Assembly (NCBI RefSeq): GCF_964355755.1
Contig: NC_092676.1
Span: 28,352,871 to 28,416,870 of the forward strand
Reading direction: 5' to 3'
Length of the DNA stretch: 64,000 nucleotides
DNA from: Antedon mediterranea
Taxonomy: Eukaryota > Animalia > Echinodermata
Within the stretch, counting starts at the first letter, position 1. The number at the start of each line of letters is the position of its first letter. The notes beneath the pieces are model-generated. The model was not told the DNA's origin. It did not search any database and saw nothing but the letters and a program-made list of their open reading frames with translations. This document shows, piece after piece, positions 39,216 through 51,004 of this stretch. Both the position numbers and the translations under genes were made by a program.

Positions 39216-41199
39216 CGATTTAACAGTTGACACTGTGCTTCATCAGCTCTATTACTTTTATTGATACATTTAAGGACTATATAGAATATAATATCGAATT
39301 GAATTCTTATTATATGCTAACTATAATTGAATTTTTTTTACCGACATTTGAATTTTCGCTTAAAAGATAAAATAGTAGGCCTAATTAAAATTTATTTTTA
39401 TATAACCCATTTCTGCAATTCATTTTTTATAAACCGATGCTTATAGCATTTATTGCGATAGCAAAAGTGCATCCTAATATCATTATTGTACAGTATTAAA
39501 TATTGTTTATTTCAGAGCCCCAATTTGACATGCACTTAAGCCTACTTTTCCTGCAGACAGATATGCCTACTAACCCGAATGCTCGACCAAGTTATACACG
39601 CCAAAATAGACATAGAGTAAGCTATTTCTTAATAGGAAATTGGAATGTAGTGTTAGTTTATTAGAAAGATCGTCAATTTCGTATGAGTATGATTGTAAGT
39701 TTCGTATAAGTTTAAAGTGTTAATTCATTTTAATACGGTAGGTAGGTCTATACATTTTGAAGAAAGGGAATTTGCTACCCAGTGATAATATTTATCCCTG
39801 TAGATACTGCGCTGAGATAATTAAGTAATGATAACAAGCTGATATTATTCTCGACCCAGAATTCTAAACGCATTGTTCATGTCTTTTCTATCGTGAAATT
39901 AGAATAACATGCGAATAACACGCAATATCTAAAAATATAATATGATCTTTTATCATATAGAATAATTGATGATTTTTAGTTCGTAAATGTCATGATGGTA
40001 GTGTCCTTGTTGGAATGTTATTTCACAACTGGAATATTTTATTTGTAAACAGTTCGTTTCTGTAGACAATTATATAAAGTTCCATGCTTCATCTGACCTA
40101 TTGTGTTATTATCAATTCGTATTCCTACAGGCAAATAAAAAAAAATATAGTGTCTCTGAAATCTGCAAAATCATGTTTATAAATTCGAGTAATACCTGTG
40201 TTTCTGGCACCATTGATGTTCTTAAGACATCAGTAACAAACAGATATGACTTCCTCATCTGTGAATAGGAAAATATTTGTATTTTCGTGATTAGAAGAAT
40301 TGAAATTATTACTTTACAGATTTATGCCATAGGAACTAATTTTATACCGATATTCTTATACTTTGATGTCAAAATTAAATATTCACAATTAATTTCGATA
40401 CAGATAGAAATAGAACCATAAACAACAAATACGACAAAAATACATCCAAAAAACTGCACGTGAAAAGAAATAAAAAGCATAATTGCACTTGATAAAAACA
40501 AAATACATATAACGAAACAAAAACTTGGCCTATTTAGTGTCGGGCCTTTAAATGTCTTTTTTATAATATTTTGTGTTGGTAATAGGAGGTTCAAACATTG
40601 ATCAGGTTATTTTTTGTATTATAAACAATTACTAAGAGCTAGGTAAATACAATTGTTATAGTATACCAATCATTAAACAAAATAAATATATTTGATTTGT
40701 TTTATGAATATATTTCTAGTGAAACTTTGCATATCAACGAAAATTACCTCTCTCAATCTCTCATTGCTGGTTGCTAGAGCCCCATACTAATATTAAACGA
40801 CGAACCTGGAAAATCAATTACGTAAGTAAAGTCGCTTTTTATCGGTCAGATTACTTGGATTTTTTTTTTTATCACGAATCGAATTCATTTATTTTTCTTA
40901 TTTTCTAACCAAAAAAAAGTATAAAATAGGCCAAATATCGTTGTTTGTTGTATTCAATTCAATAAGGAATATATACGGTAACATTTATATTTTTATTACC
41001 GTTACCGCTCGTCTGTGTAAATTGGCCTTTATAGTATCTTCGCTCGTCATACTAACTATAATGTACACCCTACGCGCCCTCTATAGTTTGAACATTTTCA
41101 TAAAAATCTCACGGGGGCGGGAAAAAGATAAAAATAGGCCTATACTACCCATACAAATATACTACAGAATCAACACAGAATTAACATAACTAATTTCAA

Positions 41200-41308
41200 A
41201 TGGACAAACCTCTTGTAAAATTGTTATTTTTGTGTTTTGCTGCTTCGGATTAATGCAGTTGAAGGTGACCTGGGATTAAGTGCAAATAAAGGCTCTAGAA
41301 TGCTCAAT
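41200..41308 (+). pseudogene. Old Ig-receptor 5' relic
   Basis: atggacaaacctcttgtaaaattgttattt...aatgcagttgaaggtgacctgggattaagtgcaaa..ctagaatgctca, with the shared leader acagaatcaac upstream. Confidence 0.7.
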
Positions 41309-42169
41309 GCTTGGTTGCCTGTCGCGGTACGTATACGTATAAGAGTTATATGTACCGTCGTTTTACGTATCCAGTCCCTTGTATTATTTTATACAGTCTA
41401 GTTCAACAGTAATATTCTTTAAAAACATAATGAATGGTATTAGTAGTGTACACATTCCTCTCTATTATTATATTTTGACAAACTAAAGTCATGGTTCACG
41501 ACATGCTTTGTGAGCATGCAGGTAACGTAGGCAATACGCCTACGACGTTGAATTGTATCTACTGAAGTATTTTGTGATTACACCTCACGAAATTATGCAA
41601 GAATGACGTAAGCCACATTATACATGTACAATAACTGGCTAACTCAGCATTTGAAATGATTATGTACCTCATTTAATATGTTTTTAGTAAAACTGCTTTA
41701 GCTTGATGTTATTGTTTTATAACAGTGTTTAATAATCAATCAATATGTTCAGAATAGTCAAAATTGTAATGTTTATGATAACAAATCCCCAGGATTGTCT
41801 TCATTATGATATTGGTAATCTGTAAACATGATACTGTTAATTTATGAGGAGGTTTACACATTTGAAAAGTTATCCAATGTTCAGGTGACAAAGTCCCCAT
41901 ACCCCATCTGCATAATGCCTTCTATAGCTCTTTTATGCAAGATTTTGAATGACCGCTGCCGCACATCAAATATTTTTTTCAGAGATATAGGACATGTATA
42001 CAACATATTAATTTATACGTGATATAATACATAGGAACGCAATTAAATAAAGTTAACAATTAGGTTTGTTTGATTCATTATCATTATTGATTTATTTCCT
42101 CTTAATGTTGAATTGTATTTTGAATTCATGAGGATCATTAATATGGTGGTCACTGTAATCGTCAATATC

Positions 42170-42183
42170 AGTTTCCGTTTCGT
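42170..42183 (+). promoter_or_regulatory. ISRE/IRF-consensus element upstream of intact Ig receptor
   Basis: AGTTTCCGTTTCGT about 115 bp before ATG 42298, with an AT-rich TATA-like stretch in between. Confidence 0.5.
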
Positions 42184-42297
42184 ATGGATACACCAATAAT
42201 AAAATAACGGTGTTTAAAATAATAAGGAAATAATAACATGAAAACAATATTTAAAATATAGGCTTACCCAAAAGGGAAAACAGAATCAACATTCGAA

Positions 42298-43332
42298 ATG
42301 GAAGGACGTTTTGTAACACTGTTATTTGCTGTTTTAAGACTTTGTATAGTTAATTCAGTTGAAGATGACCTAGGATTTAGTGCAAATACAGGTTCTATAC
42401 CTCTTAGTGATGGTTCAGGAACAGGCAAACTGGAATGCTCAGTATCAAACATGGCCGAATATTCAATATCATGGTATAGAGAAACAAGAAATGGTGACAA
42501 AACAATCATTTACAGAGATGGAATGTTGATACTGAACAACTTGGAAAGAGAACAAGAAGCATACAGCAACCATAGTACACATGATGTTCAAATAACACAA
42601 GTACTTGGACGAGATCTTGGTTATTTACTTAATGGTAATAATTACACTTGTGAAGTAAGTCTGAAGTCTACAGGTGATGTAGTACGAATATCATCTGGTG
42701 TTATTGTAATTGCTAAATATACTCCATCATTGAATTACCCAATCTGTGAGTCAAGTGACTTTTCAACAGATTCAATTGGTTCAAATATTAAGATGTCTTG
42801 CTATTCTGAACCTGGTAATCCAAGTTCTACTGGATCTGGTTCAAGTGTACAGCTACAGTGGTTAAAAAATAACAAAGCAATTCAAGATGTTGTGCAGAAA
42901 GATACAACTACTTTTACTTACTTAAATTACACGTTTACACTAACAGTTGATGATTTAAATAGTACTTTCATGTGTAATAATGGTATTAACGGTTGTAAAT
43001 TGACAAGTAGGCCTACTATCTCAACAACGGATCCACAAACTCGGTCTACAGATTCTTCCGATTGTTTAGACTTGGCAATTATCATTACTGTCAGCATTGT
43101 GGATTTTGTATTCTCGGTAGTTTGCCTTTTTGTTGGTCTTTACTTTTACAAGAGGAGAAATATCAAGAAAGATGCAACGAATAGTGCTTCTAGACAACAT
43201 CAAACACAGCAGCAGAGTTTGGATCCAATTGGGCATTATTATGACGACACACAAATTGAATCACAGGAACATCATTATGAAACCCATATTGAACCACCAC
43301 AGTATGACTATGCTGATTCTGGAGCTGTTTGA
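42298..43332 (+). CDS. Intronless type I membrane protein: signal peptide, two Ig-superfamily domains, TM with Asp, Tyr-rich tail (344 aa)
   Basis: Ig1 LECSVS..ISWYRE..YTCEV; Ig2 MSCYSEPGNP..LQWLKN..LTVDDLNSTFMC; Ser/Thr stalk; TM LAIIITVSIVDFVFSVVCLFVGLYFY then KRR; tail YYDD, YETH, YDYA. Confidence 0.9.
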   Translation: MEGRFVTLLFAVLRLCIVNSVEDDLGFSANTGSIPLSDGSGTGKLECSVSNMAEYSISWYRETRNGDKTIIYRDGMLILNNLEREQEAYSNHSTHDVQITQVLGRDLGYLLNGNNYTCEVSLKSTGDVVRISSGVIVIAKYTPSLNYPICESSDFSTDSIGSNIKMSCYSEPGNPSSTGSGSSVQLQWLKNNKAIQDVVQKDTTTFTYLNYTFTLTVDDLNSTFMCNNGINGCKLTSRPTISTTDPQTRSTDSSDCLDLAIIITVSIVDFVFSVVCLFVGLYFYKRRNIKKDATNSASRQHQTQQQSLDPIGHYYDDTQIESQEHHYETHIEPPQYDYADSGAV

Positions 43333-44415
43333 AACCTCTTGTTATGATGTCAACAAATCTAGCACATCCATCTTTCTGAATAAAATTAACTCATCTTTAT
43401 TAATGTAAACTATTACTTTAGTCGACCCTTTATAAATTTGAATAAACCACAGCTAGTTAGAATATGATTATTAAACAGATACTGACTAAATATTTTTGTG
43501 GAAAAGGAACCGTTATAATGAATCTACAACTAGTCGTAGGACAGAACATATTCGTTAAAATTAATAAATTAAAATTGTTAGGATATTTTTGCTATGATAT
43601 ATCCAAGTGTGTATGTATACTGTACTCTTTACCAAGGGCAGCATGACTATCATGTGTATATAAACAACATAATAATAGGGCCGTTAACCTTTTATTATAA
43701 ATACTCTTTAGCTGACCGAATTTATTTGTATCGCATTTCTGTTACTTATTGTTACTGTTACTGTTATTCTTTATGATAAATAAATAAACGAACTAAAATA
43801 TGGAATGAATTGTTTGAGCAAAAAAGGCGAACTAATACGGAAGTTAACGGCAAAATAACAGAGAAATAACAATTCAACAAGGAAAGGAAACTATTCTACC
43901 CGGGTGACGCTTCTAAAATTGCAGATATCCCCGTAACAGAGTATGAGTACCTGTACTGTAATACGTTGTATACTCCATCTATACTTTAATGTATCACTGC
44001 ATACATACATGATTAATTATAAGTAACTCATAAGTGAGTGGATAATGTGAAAAGATAAGCATATCCCGATTTATTAGCCTGTGAATCTACTAAAAGAACA
44101 TATAAATATCGGTCCTTGTTTATAATTAATTCATGCGTTGTTTTAATGAATAATGAGTCCAGTGGCATCGCATTTTCCACCCTTTGTAACGCCTGACATT
44201 TTTGTATAGATGCTAAACTTGTTTAAAAGCGCCCACTATGACTTGATGAAGTTTTAAAATGTCATAGCGTCCTCTGTTGTTTGGACATGCTTTGATATTT
44301 CATTTTTTTTTCAAGTTGGGAGGTTTTGTAGTTGAATAAAGAAAAAAAAAAGACGAAAAAAGCCTTAACAGAATAAACACACAGAATCAGCATAATAACA
44401 TAATGATTACTTGAA

Positions 44416-44661
44416 ATGGAAGGACGTTTAGTAACACTGTTATTTGCTGTTTTAAGACTTTTAGTTGTTAGTTCAATTGAAGATGACTTAGGATTTAGTG
44501 CAAACATTGGTTCTATAGCTCTTAATGAGGGTTCAACAGGCCAACTAAAATGCTCAGTATCAGACATGACCAAATATACAATCTCATGGTATAGAGAAAC
44601 CAGAAATGGTGACAGAACAATAATTTACAGAGATGGAATGTTGATACTGAACAACTTGGGA
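44416..44661 (+). pseudogene. Truncated Ig-receptor copy
   Basis: Homology ends at LNNLG and runs directly into the local repeat ttattgatacatttag. Confidence 0.9.
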
Positions 44662-47094
44662 TTTTTATTGATACATTTAGTGACTAATATAGATATTGAT
44701 AGAAATTGATTTTTATTATATTCTGTATTTTAATTGTATTTTTTTTACCGACATTTTATGAGTCTTGCTATAAAATAATAAACACAGTTATTGATGTTTT
44801 TAAAAATTTAGTAAAACAAACAAAAGACTCACCTCATCTGTGAAGATTGCGAATTTAAGTACTTCAAACGTACTACTTTATAACCATTTATGCCATAATT
44901 TTATACCGACATGTTTATAAACTAATTACGATGCTAGAAGTACATACTATGATTATTGTATCGTATAGACCTAAAATTTGAATTTTCGCTGAAAAGATAA
45001 AATAGTACTTCAAATTTATTTTTATATAACCAATTTCTGCAATTTATTTTGAATTAATTTTAATGTATTACTGTCATAATTTTATAAACTGATGCTTATA
45101 ACATTAATTACGATAGCAACTGTGCATATTAATATGATTATTGTATTAAATATTGTTTATTTCAGAGCCCCAATTTGACATGCATTTAGGCTTACTTTTC
45201 CTGCAGACAGATATGCCTACTAACTCGAATGCTCGACCAAGTTATACACGCCAAAATAGACATAAGCTATTTCTTCTATTATTAGTTTATTAGAAAGATC
45301 GTAAGTTTGGTATAATTTGAATAAAGGGATTTACTACCCAGTGATAATATTTATGTCAAACCTGTGGATACTGCGCTGATATTATTAGGTAATGATAATA
45401 AGCTGGTCGACCCAGAATTCTAAACGCATTGCTCCTGTCTTTTCTATCGTGAAATTAGAATAACATTAATAAACACGCAATATCTAAAAATATATGTTCT
45501 TTTATCATATAGAATAATTGATGATTTTTAGTTCATACATTTCATGCTGGTACTGTCCTCGTTGGAATTTTATTTCACAACTGGAATATTTTATTTGTAA
45601 ACAGTTCGTTTCTGTACACAATTTAAAGTTTCATGCGTCATCTGACCAATTATGTTATTATATTTCCTATTATCAACTTGTTCTCATTCAAGACAACAGG
45701 GAAATAAAAGAAACTAGTGTCTCTGAAATCTGCAAAATTATATTTGTAATTTTATATACACCGACATTTTAGTTTTGTTATTAAATAATAAATGCAATAC
45801 ATATAGATATTCTTGAGTTTTAGTAAACATATTTGTCATTCGAGTAATACCTGTGTTTCTAGCACTAGTAATAAACAGATAGATCTTCCTCATCTCTGAA
45901 TAGGCAAATATTTATATTTTCGTGATTAGAAGAATGTAAGCAATTGAAATATATATTACTTTACTTTATTTATACCATAGGAAATAATTGTATACCAATT
46001 ATGCTTATAATTTGATGTCAGAATTGGATATTCACAATTAATTTTGATACATATAGAAATAGAACCATAAACAAAAAAAAAAGACAAAAATACATCCAAC
46101 AAACTGCACATGAAAAGATCTATCTATTATAACGGATACAATATTTTACGGGCTGTCTAGAATATTAGGACACCAAGTCTCCAATATATATAAAGTATTT
46201 TAGAAAGTCACGCGGTACAAATATTCCTGTAGAGTATGGAGTTGAATGCTTTTTATAACAAATGTATACAAGACTTTGACTATCAAAACTATCTAAAGAC
46301 TATCAAATTTATTATAAAAACCAATCCATTTGTTAAAGGTTTTTGTTAAAATAAAAACCCTTTATCGGCCTATTACCGCAATCCAAAAGTTCTTTCGTGA
46401 TTTTATTTCTGCATCCATTTTTTGTCATCGATTTTTATTCTAATAATAACATATAATATTTGATAATATAATAGCAATCTGGTTTTATATTTCTGGTAAA
46501 GGAATGAAGCATTTATTTTCCACTGCACTCAATAAAGAAAGATATGACTGAGAACCGATATCAATACAATGACGACGACGATGATACAAACTTTGCTTTA
46601 GACCTTCAATTCTCAAAAGAAATTTAATTTTTAATTTGGTTATAACATAGATAATGAGTGTGTATTTTGTATACGTCTGAAATTGTATTACTATGTGTTT
46701 CATCAATCTCTGGCTTTTAATTTTAATAAAAAATAACATTTGTGAAACAGGTAAAGAGTTTAACCGCCGGTATACTTCAATTAAAATAATTATTAATTAA
46801 AATATTACAATATCAAATCAGACGTATATTGTGATGACTGTAGGCCTACTACCTTATAGGCATAATTCTTTCGTGTTTTGTCAACCCTGAAAATTCAACC
46901 AATAAAAACCAACGTCTCTTCCGAACACGACGTAATTACGGTACTGTTTTTGTCCAATACCATTTACTTATTTATCCTGCACCGTTGTTTATTGTTGATT
47001 TCTCTATCACAAAGTAGTACAAATAGAACTATTACAATGTAGACTTACTACTCAGTCTCTATTGAACGCAGACGTTTCATATACAATAGGAGTA

Positions 47095-47868
47095 ATGGCA
47101 AAACCAAAACCAAAACCACCACCACCACTACCACACAATCCTGTTACTGCTGAATTTAAATTTGGCACGAAAACATATACGATTACAACTTACAATAGTG
47201 GTTTAGATGGAGACGACGAAACTCCTGAGATGAGGAAGAACAAAGTAGAAACAATTTTCAATTCGGATATTATAATGTGTCAAGAACTGACTCTAGGTAC
47301 GATGAATACTTTCAGTGAGTATAATCAATACTTTGGTCATGTGCTAAACCAAACTGGATACACAGCAGTATTGATCAAGAAAGAACAGGACAGGCAGCGG
47401 ATACCCCTACAGATACCGGTGAACGAATTGGATATCCGTCTACCAGACCACCACGGTCGTCATTGTACAGTGAAACTAGATGATTGTGTTGTTATTGCAT
47501 GGCACGGCAAGCATAAGATAAATCCAACTGGTACTCCAACAAAAGATAAAGAGGAACCACTTCCCAGAAAAAAAGAAAATGTTAAACAACTTCGACTTTA
47601 CGCGTTTGATCTAGTTGATAAATTTAATTTACCAGTTGTAATAGGTGGAGATTACAATTTGAAAGTAGAGGATGTGCAGTCGGTAATGAAGTCAGACTCA
47701 GAAAAACGCTACTTTGAGTTCATTAGGTTTGCAGATAATAACACACGTACACGTAATTATGATTACTTTTATTTTGTGCTCCCATGTTATGTCACTAAAG
47801 CAACCGCACGAATACCACCAGGATCACTACCAACGGAAGGTGTCGCAAACATAAAAATACAAAATTAA
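47095..47868 (+). CDS. EEP/DNase I-fold (endonuclease/exonuclease/phosphatase) protein retaining most catalytic motifs
   Basis: ITTYN, DIIMCQE, AWHG, PVVIGGDYN and RNYDYFY are in canonical EEP order. ATG at 47095; Pro-rich N-terminus; no signal peptide. No SDH motif is visible. Confidence 0.8.
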   Translation: MAKPKPKPPPPLPHNPVTAEFKFGTKTYTITTYNSGLDGDDETPEMRKNKVETIFNSDIIMCQELTLGTMNTFSEYNQYFGHVLNQTGYTAVLIKKEQDRQRIPLQIPVNELDIRLPDHHGRHCTVKLDDCVVIAWHGKHKINPTGTPTKDKEEPLPRKKENVKQLRLYAFDLVDKFNLPVVIGGDYNLKVEDVQSVMKSDSEKRYFEFIRFADNNTRTRNYDYFYFVLPCYVTKATARIPPGSLPTEGVANIKIQN

Positions 47869-49174
47869 CTTGTACAAAACTAAAGAAAAGGTATTTATAC
47901 TTCTGTACTCATAAAAAATACCTTTTAATAAATTAAAAAATGCTTTGGTTTATAAAACGAATCCGAACTATATTTCAACTTTAACGGTGATAATCATTAC
48001 GGTAGTTATCGGAAGTGGTACCACTCGTTTTTTTTTTTATGGTGTATATATACTGTTGTTTATATATGTATTAATTAGAAATCCAGTGAACATCTTTGGC
48101 CGTAGGGATAAAATGATAACTTATATTTTGTGGTCCCAGTGGGAATGGAATTCAAAAGTGGAAGGAGCAAGTGCACATCCAGACAGGTGGAACAAACACA
48201 CAACTAAAATTCTAGGATCCTTGTGGGTGTCAAAGAAATAGAAGAAGAATAGCTCTTATTTGAATTTTTAGAATTGTATCATCATCTTTAAAATACTGTA
48301 CTACTTAACATAGGGCCTAATCATGTTGAATTTGATTCAACAGTTAAAAAAAAATACCTGCTTATACTAGAACATGTTTTTTGCGGCATTGTTTAAGTTT
48401 AATTTTCATATGTTTAGATATTGTACTATAATTAAATGGACTTTAACGTCATAATTCTTAATTTAATTTTGAATAGTATTAAGCAAGTGTTTAGTATAGG
48501 CCTAATATAGGATTTTATTCAAGATTATCACAAGCAATGTTTTCTATTTGTACTTTAGTATAAGCTTAAGTAAAATATTAACATTTTTTTAGTTTTGTAT
48601 CTGTAAACTTTGACAGGTCATGATATCATGAGTAACATTGCAATGAAATAATTATAGTTTATTTTAAATTAGCCTACGTTTTCGATGGGCCTAGTATGAT
48701 TATTATTAAATGTAACGGCTTACTATTGGAACTTAATAAATTAATAAGAATACAACAAATTTCAGTCGATATTGTTTTATTTAGGTGGTTGGTAATACTA
48801 TTTAAATTTTAGCTACGTAAACTATAAATGTAGGCCTAGTAGTAAATAAAATGAATAGAATTTATTTGTGGATGTTCAGATGGTTCATTTTTTTTATTTG
48901 TACGATTACCGTTTCGTCCTGTTACAGAGCAAAGCTGCACTAACGAATCTGCACAAGCTCGATGCTGCACACCCGGAGTCTACTACAGATAGCCACCGAC
49001 ATTGATATTTTCAGTACAGTATTTAAAGCCTGTTTTCCATCAATGAATATATTCGCGAACATTCCTGAGTTATAATTGGTTGCGCACTTTTCGATAAATA
49101 TATACGCATGTGCATTAGTGAACACTTCCGATTCGAGCGAATAATGTGCATAAAAGAAGATTTCTACAGTATTT

Positions 49175-49525
49175 CAATAACATTTATTCAATAATGGTAA
49201 GACAAACAATACAAGAATAATAAACAATAAGAAACAGTAATACAATACAAAAACAAGAAAAGCTAAATAAGAGAAAGGAATGCCATCATTGGGTTCATGA
49301 TTAGAAATAAAAAACTTGTCTCACCATGACCCCGAGAGAGAGAAAAAAGGATATAAAATTGGCTACCTTAATTAATGCTATATAAAATTATTGATGGTAC
49401 AGTGATAAATATTTATTTTTTAATTTACTTTTAAAAGCTGGTAAAGAAACAGAATGTTTAATTGAAACATCAAGGTTATTCCATAAATTAGGACCAGTAA
49501 CAGAAACAAAAAATGTCTGCCGAAA
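49175..49525 (-). mobile_element. LINE 3' fragment related to the 53557-58730 element
   Basis: FFVSVTGPNLWNNL..SIK.S.SL..FK.KLKN.Y and the shared 3' UTR motif aaaaacttgtctc. Confidence 0.8.
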
Positions 49526-51004
49526 GTCTGAAAGGAACTTAAGGATTTCTAAAATTATATGATTGTTCTTAGTAGTAAACAATTTTAAAATTGGAACAAC
49601 ATAACAATATTAGTTATCTAAAATGAATATGTACACAATAAAACGTTTCAACTAAATTGATACACACACATCATGCTGTAATGGTGCCATATATACTACA
49701 CTTTGTCCTTTTTATTTAATTTAACACATGATAACACAACTTATCACAATAAAACAGAAACATTTTCATCAGACAATTAAATTTAAAAAAATAGAATAAA
49801 CACAAGTCTCTAACACTACTGTAAGCTATCCGCACTAATGTCTGAAATCTGCAACATCATGTTGGTTGTACATACACAGTAATTGCATTTGTTTGCGATA
49901 TTTTATAAGTTTTGATATAAAAAATGATATAGGCCTACATTGTTAAAGGTATCATTTTTTAATCGGAATTTATATATTTATTGATATTTCTATATTTGGA
50001 TAAAACGGTGAATGCATTATTTTATATTATGTATCTGTTTCTGGGAAGCCCATCTCAAGATTTTTTTTAATTCGCCTGTCTTAATTTGCTCATATTAACT
50101 GTTATCTTGTTTATTACAAGAAATAAACACTACTTCGAATTGAATGAATTGTGAGGAAAATGAAATGGAATGAGATTCTCATGTATGCTTCAGAAACGTC
50201 CTAAATATTAATAGGCCTTTTCTACATTATTAAACTAATCTCCAGAATGAGGGACTCAATATTTCATTAGAAAGATCAGTTTCATATAAAAGTGTAGTGT
50301 AATTAATTCATATTGGTATAGGTCTATTATTTTGAAGAAAGGTAATTTACTGCCAATTGATAATATGTCAAACTCGTGGATAATTAAAATAAGCTGATAT
50401 TATTCTCGAGCCAGAATTCTAATCTCGAGATCTCAACTTGGATCATCCAGACAATTATAAGAAGTTAATTTAGGCCTATAGGTATATTTATTTAATAAAT
50501 ACACATCTTCATTTCATTTTATTTCTTACTAATTACTTAATAAGGAGCCTAAAGTTATTAAAGGTTCAAGTGAAAAAATACTGTAAATGACCACATCTTT
50601 TGCATAATTCCCAGCTATTGGCTATACGGTATATTTTGTTGGCTCAGCCGGTATATTGTGATCAAGGTTTTAATGACCACACGATTATCTTCCATCAAAT
50701 ACTTTTTCAGAGTAGGCCGGTAAAGATAAAAGTTATACTCATGTGCAAAAATAATGAAATAAAGATCTGGGCAACACAAATCTAAAGCAAAGTTTATATT
50801 CGATAATTCTCGTTATATTATTATTATCATTTTCCCTTAGCGATTTATATTGTCTTTGGAATTTATTTTCCAAAAAATCGTTATGGTGGTTTACCGTTTT
50901 ATAAACGTCATTACATGCTTCAGTACACGTTTAAACAACGGTTGTGTTGAATAAGGAAATTCATCACAAAATATAACAGAATCAACATAAAACATAAATT
51001 TGAA

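Noticed and set aside
43150-43332. Canonical ITAM or ITIM in the receptor tails
   Set aside because: The spacing does not fit YxxL/I-x6-8-YxxL/I, and PVYDNV in the 51005 tail lacks the ITIM -2 residue. They are reported only as Tyr motifs.
47062-47094. TTG start for the EEP ORF
   Set aside because: In a eukaryotic context ATG 47095 is the plausible start, and it aligns with the paralog starts.
23063-47868. EEP ORFs as simple LINE endonuclease debris
   Set aside because: No RT follows any copy, their motifs (WHG/WDG, C.VKL) differ from the LINE APE domains in this window, and they have their own ATG, upstream module and splice donors. A remote TE origin is not excluded.
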